From Squalus acanthias (taxonomy: Eukaryota): DNA of 64,000 bases. The stretch is taken from positions 52,080,001 through 52,144,000 of the forward strand of contig CM059430.1 in NCBI GenBank assembly GCA_030390025.1, given 5' to 3'. Positions within the stretch are counted from its first letter, which is position 1. The number at the start of each line of letters is the position of its first letter. Below, piece by piece: positions 61,813 to 64,000 of the stretch. The notes beneath the pieces are model-generated. The model made no database searches. It saw nothing but the letters and a program-made list of their open reading frames with translations, and had not been told where the DNA came from. The position numbers and the translations under genes are program-made.

Positions 61813-63150
61813 GGCCCAGAAATTGATCTCGCTCTGTTCCCGCGGGGGTAAGCCTTTCCCGCGATGTCTCACCTCGCTTATGCTTTTTCTGATCCAGCTC
61901 GCACGAAATTGATGTTCCAGACATCAGCTGTGCTGGGCTTGCGTATCCCAGCGGCGTAGTTAATTCGTGCGAGCTGTGGGATCACGTGACTCAGTTAGAG
62001 CCAATGGCAGCACACCATCTTCCATTCATAAGTCTCACAGCATGGCTGAGAGACTTATGAATCTTACACCCCCCCAAAATAACAGCTAAACCTCAATTAA
62101 ATTAAAAAAAAAACCCATCACATTAATAAAATAAGTATAGTTAATTAAATTAACCATTTTAAATAAAAAATTAAATTTTTGAAAAAATTTAAAATCTTTT
62201 AAAAAGTTATAAAAATAAACTTACCTGTCTTTAAAGTCTATAAAAAAGATATACCTGTAAAAAATATAGTTTATAAATCACACATTTCAAACCCACCTAT
62301 TCCCATGATTTCTTTAGAGAATCGTTAATTATGGGGAAAAAAACAGGCATCTTCAATTTGTCCTTAACAGAGATTGGAATGTCAGTCTCTGCCCGTCTGT
62401 TGATAATGGCCCAAAAATGAGTGCCGCTACGCGAGAGTACGCACTGTGTACTCTCGCGTATTCTGTCTCCAATTGCCGGTTTTCTGCATGCACTGCGCAT
62501 GCGCTGAAAACCGGCACTTGGTGAATTCAAAAGGGGGCGGTTCCTAGGTGAACCGCGTGCGCGCTACAGGCTGCGCGCACGCAGTGCACTTAGTGCTTTG
62601 GACGCGCAGGTAAGCATGGAAGATTTTAGACATAAAGAAAGGAGGTGTAAGACCCTCTTTTAACAAGGTAAGTACTTAATTAAGTATTATTTTGAATTTT
62701 TTTTAACAGGTATATCTTTTTTAGAGACTTTAAAGACAGGTAAGTTTATTTTTATAACTTTTTAAAAGATTTAAAAAAATTTCAAAAATTTAATTTTTTG
62801 TTTAAAATGGTTAATTTATTTAACTATACTTATTTTATTAATGTGATGGTTTTTAAAAAAATTTAATTGAGGTTTATCTGTTCTTTTGGGGGGGTATAGT
62901 ATTCATAGCTTTCACAGCCGTGCTGTGAAAGCTATGAATGAAAGATGGTGTGCTGCCATTGGCTCTAACTGAGTCATGTGATCCCACAGCTCGCACGAAT
63001 TAACTACGCCTGTGGGATACGAAAGCCCTGCACAGCTGCTGTCCAGAACATCAAGTTCGTGCGAGCTCGGACTGAAAAAGCCAGCGCGCAGTGAGAGATC
63101 GCGGGAAGGCCTTACCCTCGCACGAAGGCTCACTCACTAATTTTTGGGCC
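61813..63150. mobile_element. Foldback non-autonomous DNA transposon with ~450-bp inverted arms
   Basis: 61813-62265 is the inverted counterpart of 62697-63150. Termini GGCCCAGAAATT and AATTTTTGGGCC resemble the Harbinger-type ends in this window. Confidence 0.85.
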
Positions 63151-63399
63151 AATCTGTTGCACCAGAGAGCTGATAGGAGTGTAGCCTGCTGCCTGGGCTC
63201 CCTCACAGAGAGGAAGCCCGAAACTCTACAAGGGGAAGTACATGGTGAAGAACTGACAGAATAAGTCACGGGGGGGCAAGGCCTAACATTAAAAACAGAA
63301 CACAAGAAGAAAATGATGTGACCCATTGATCACCTTGATGATTCCGCTGCACATACAAAATGATAAATAAGTGAAAACTGAGTGAGGAGAACAAAGAGG

Positions 63400-64000
63400 G
63401 ACAAATCCATTAAATAGGTACAATTTTTTTTTATTTACATGGCTGGCAAATAGCTTGTAAAAGTAGCAAAACAAAAAGCTCTTAAAATAAATACAATAAA
63501 TATATAAAAAAGTGTTTAAGACAAAGTGCATGAAATTGTGCAAAAATTCAACACCGTTAACACTGCATGGGCACAGGCTAAGGAGCAGGAGGAAGAACAA
63601 TTAGAGAATGCAACTTCAATATAAATAACCTGGAAGATCTCCCTGTGTTATAGAGTGCTGCTGTAAACGGAGAAGAAATTTAATCTTGAATCCTGTTCCT
63701 GAAGGTTCTGTTCCCTGTCCTTGGATATATTGTTCTTCCACAACCTGTATGGATAGGGCGGTAACATCTGGTTAATGACCATGTTCTCTTTGCTGGCCTA
63801 CAGTTGAAAGAATGCTACACAGCCTTGCACAACAATAACCCTCAGCACTGTGGGCACATCTTAATTCAGCCTCCCGCAAGATGGACTGAAGAAAGCGTGC
63901 AGGGTCGGAACATTTACATTCATCAATTAGGCTGCGGTAAGACACTGTCACCATCAGGCAGCTTGAGAAATGAGGCAACATCCGTCTGGTTACATGGGAA
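63400..64000 (-). other. Probable 3' UTR end and poly(A) signal of an unidentified upstream gene
   Basis: Minus strand is U-rich with TATTTAT motifs, AATAAA at 63430-63435 overlapping TGTAAATA, and miRNA seed-like sites GCACTTT and TTTGCACA. Confidence 0.55.

Overview
Vertebrate nuclear DNA, very likely from a shark or other chondrichthyan, inferred from the repeat families (Deu-domain SINEs, shark-type CR1, L2 and Penelope copies). The only clear host gene is copine-2 (CPNE2) on the minus strand. It has four coding exons at 6000-6170, 3354-3533, 3182-3256 and 2473-2544 and continues past the left edge. A probable non-coding first exon and promoter lie near 37.1-37.4 kb. The right end looks like the 3' UTR and poly(A) site of an unidentified upstream minus-strand gene. 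The rest is mostly nested mobile DNA: CR1 and L2 LINEs, two SINE families, four degenerate PIF/Harbinger transposons (Myb/SANT gene plus DDE transposase), many Harbinger-type MITEs, a Tigger-like MITE, and Penelope-like elements carrying minimal hammerhead ribozymes. The most notable observations are: a Penelope insertion whose 5' end is an inverted copy of nearby flanking DNA; a 1.34-kb foldback element with mirrored micro-exons around a promoter-like core; a 248-bp-arm palindromic Penelope with a ribozyme; a shared loose target-site motif for the Harbinger insertions; and an unexplained 60-nt near-perfect hairpin. I found no clearly new protein-coding system. Most ORF-track entries are transposon remnants or noise. 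All coordinates were read by eye.
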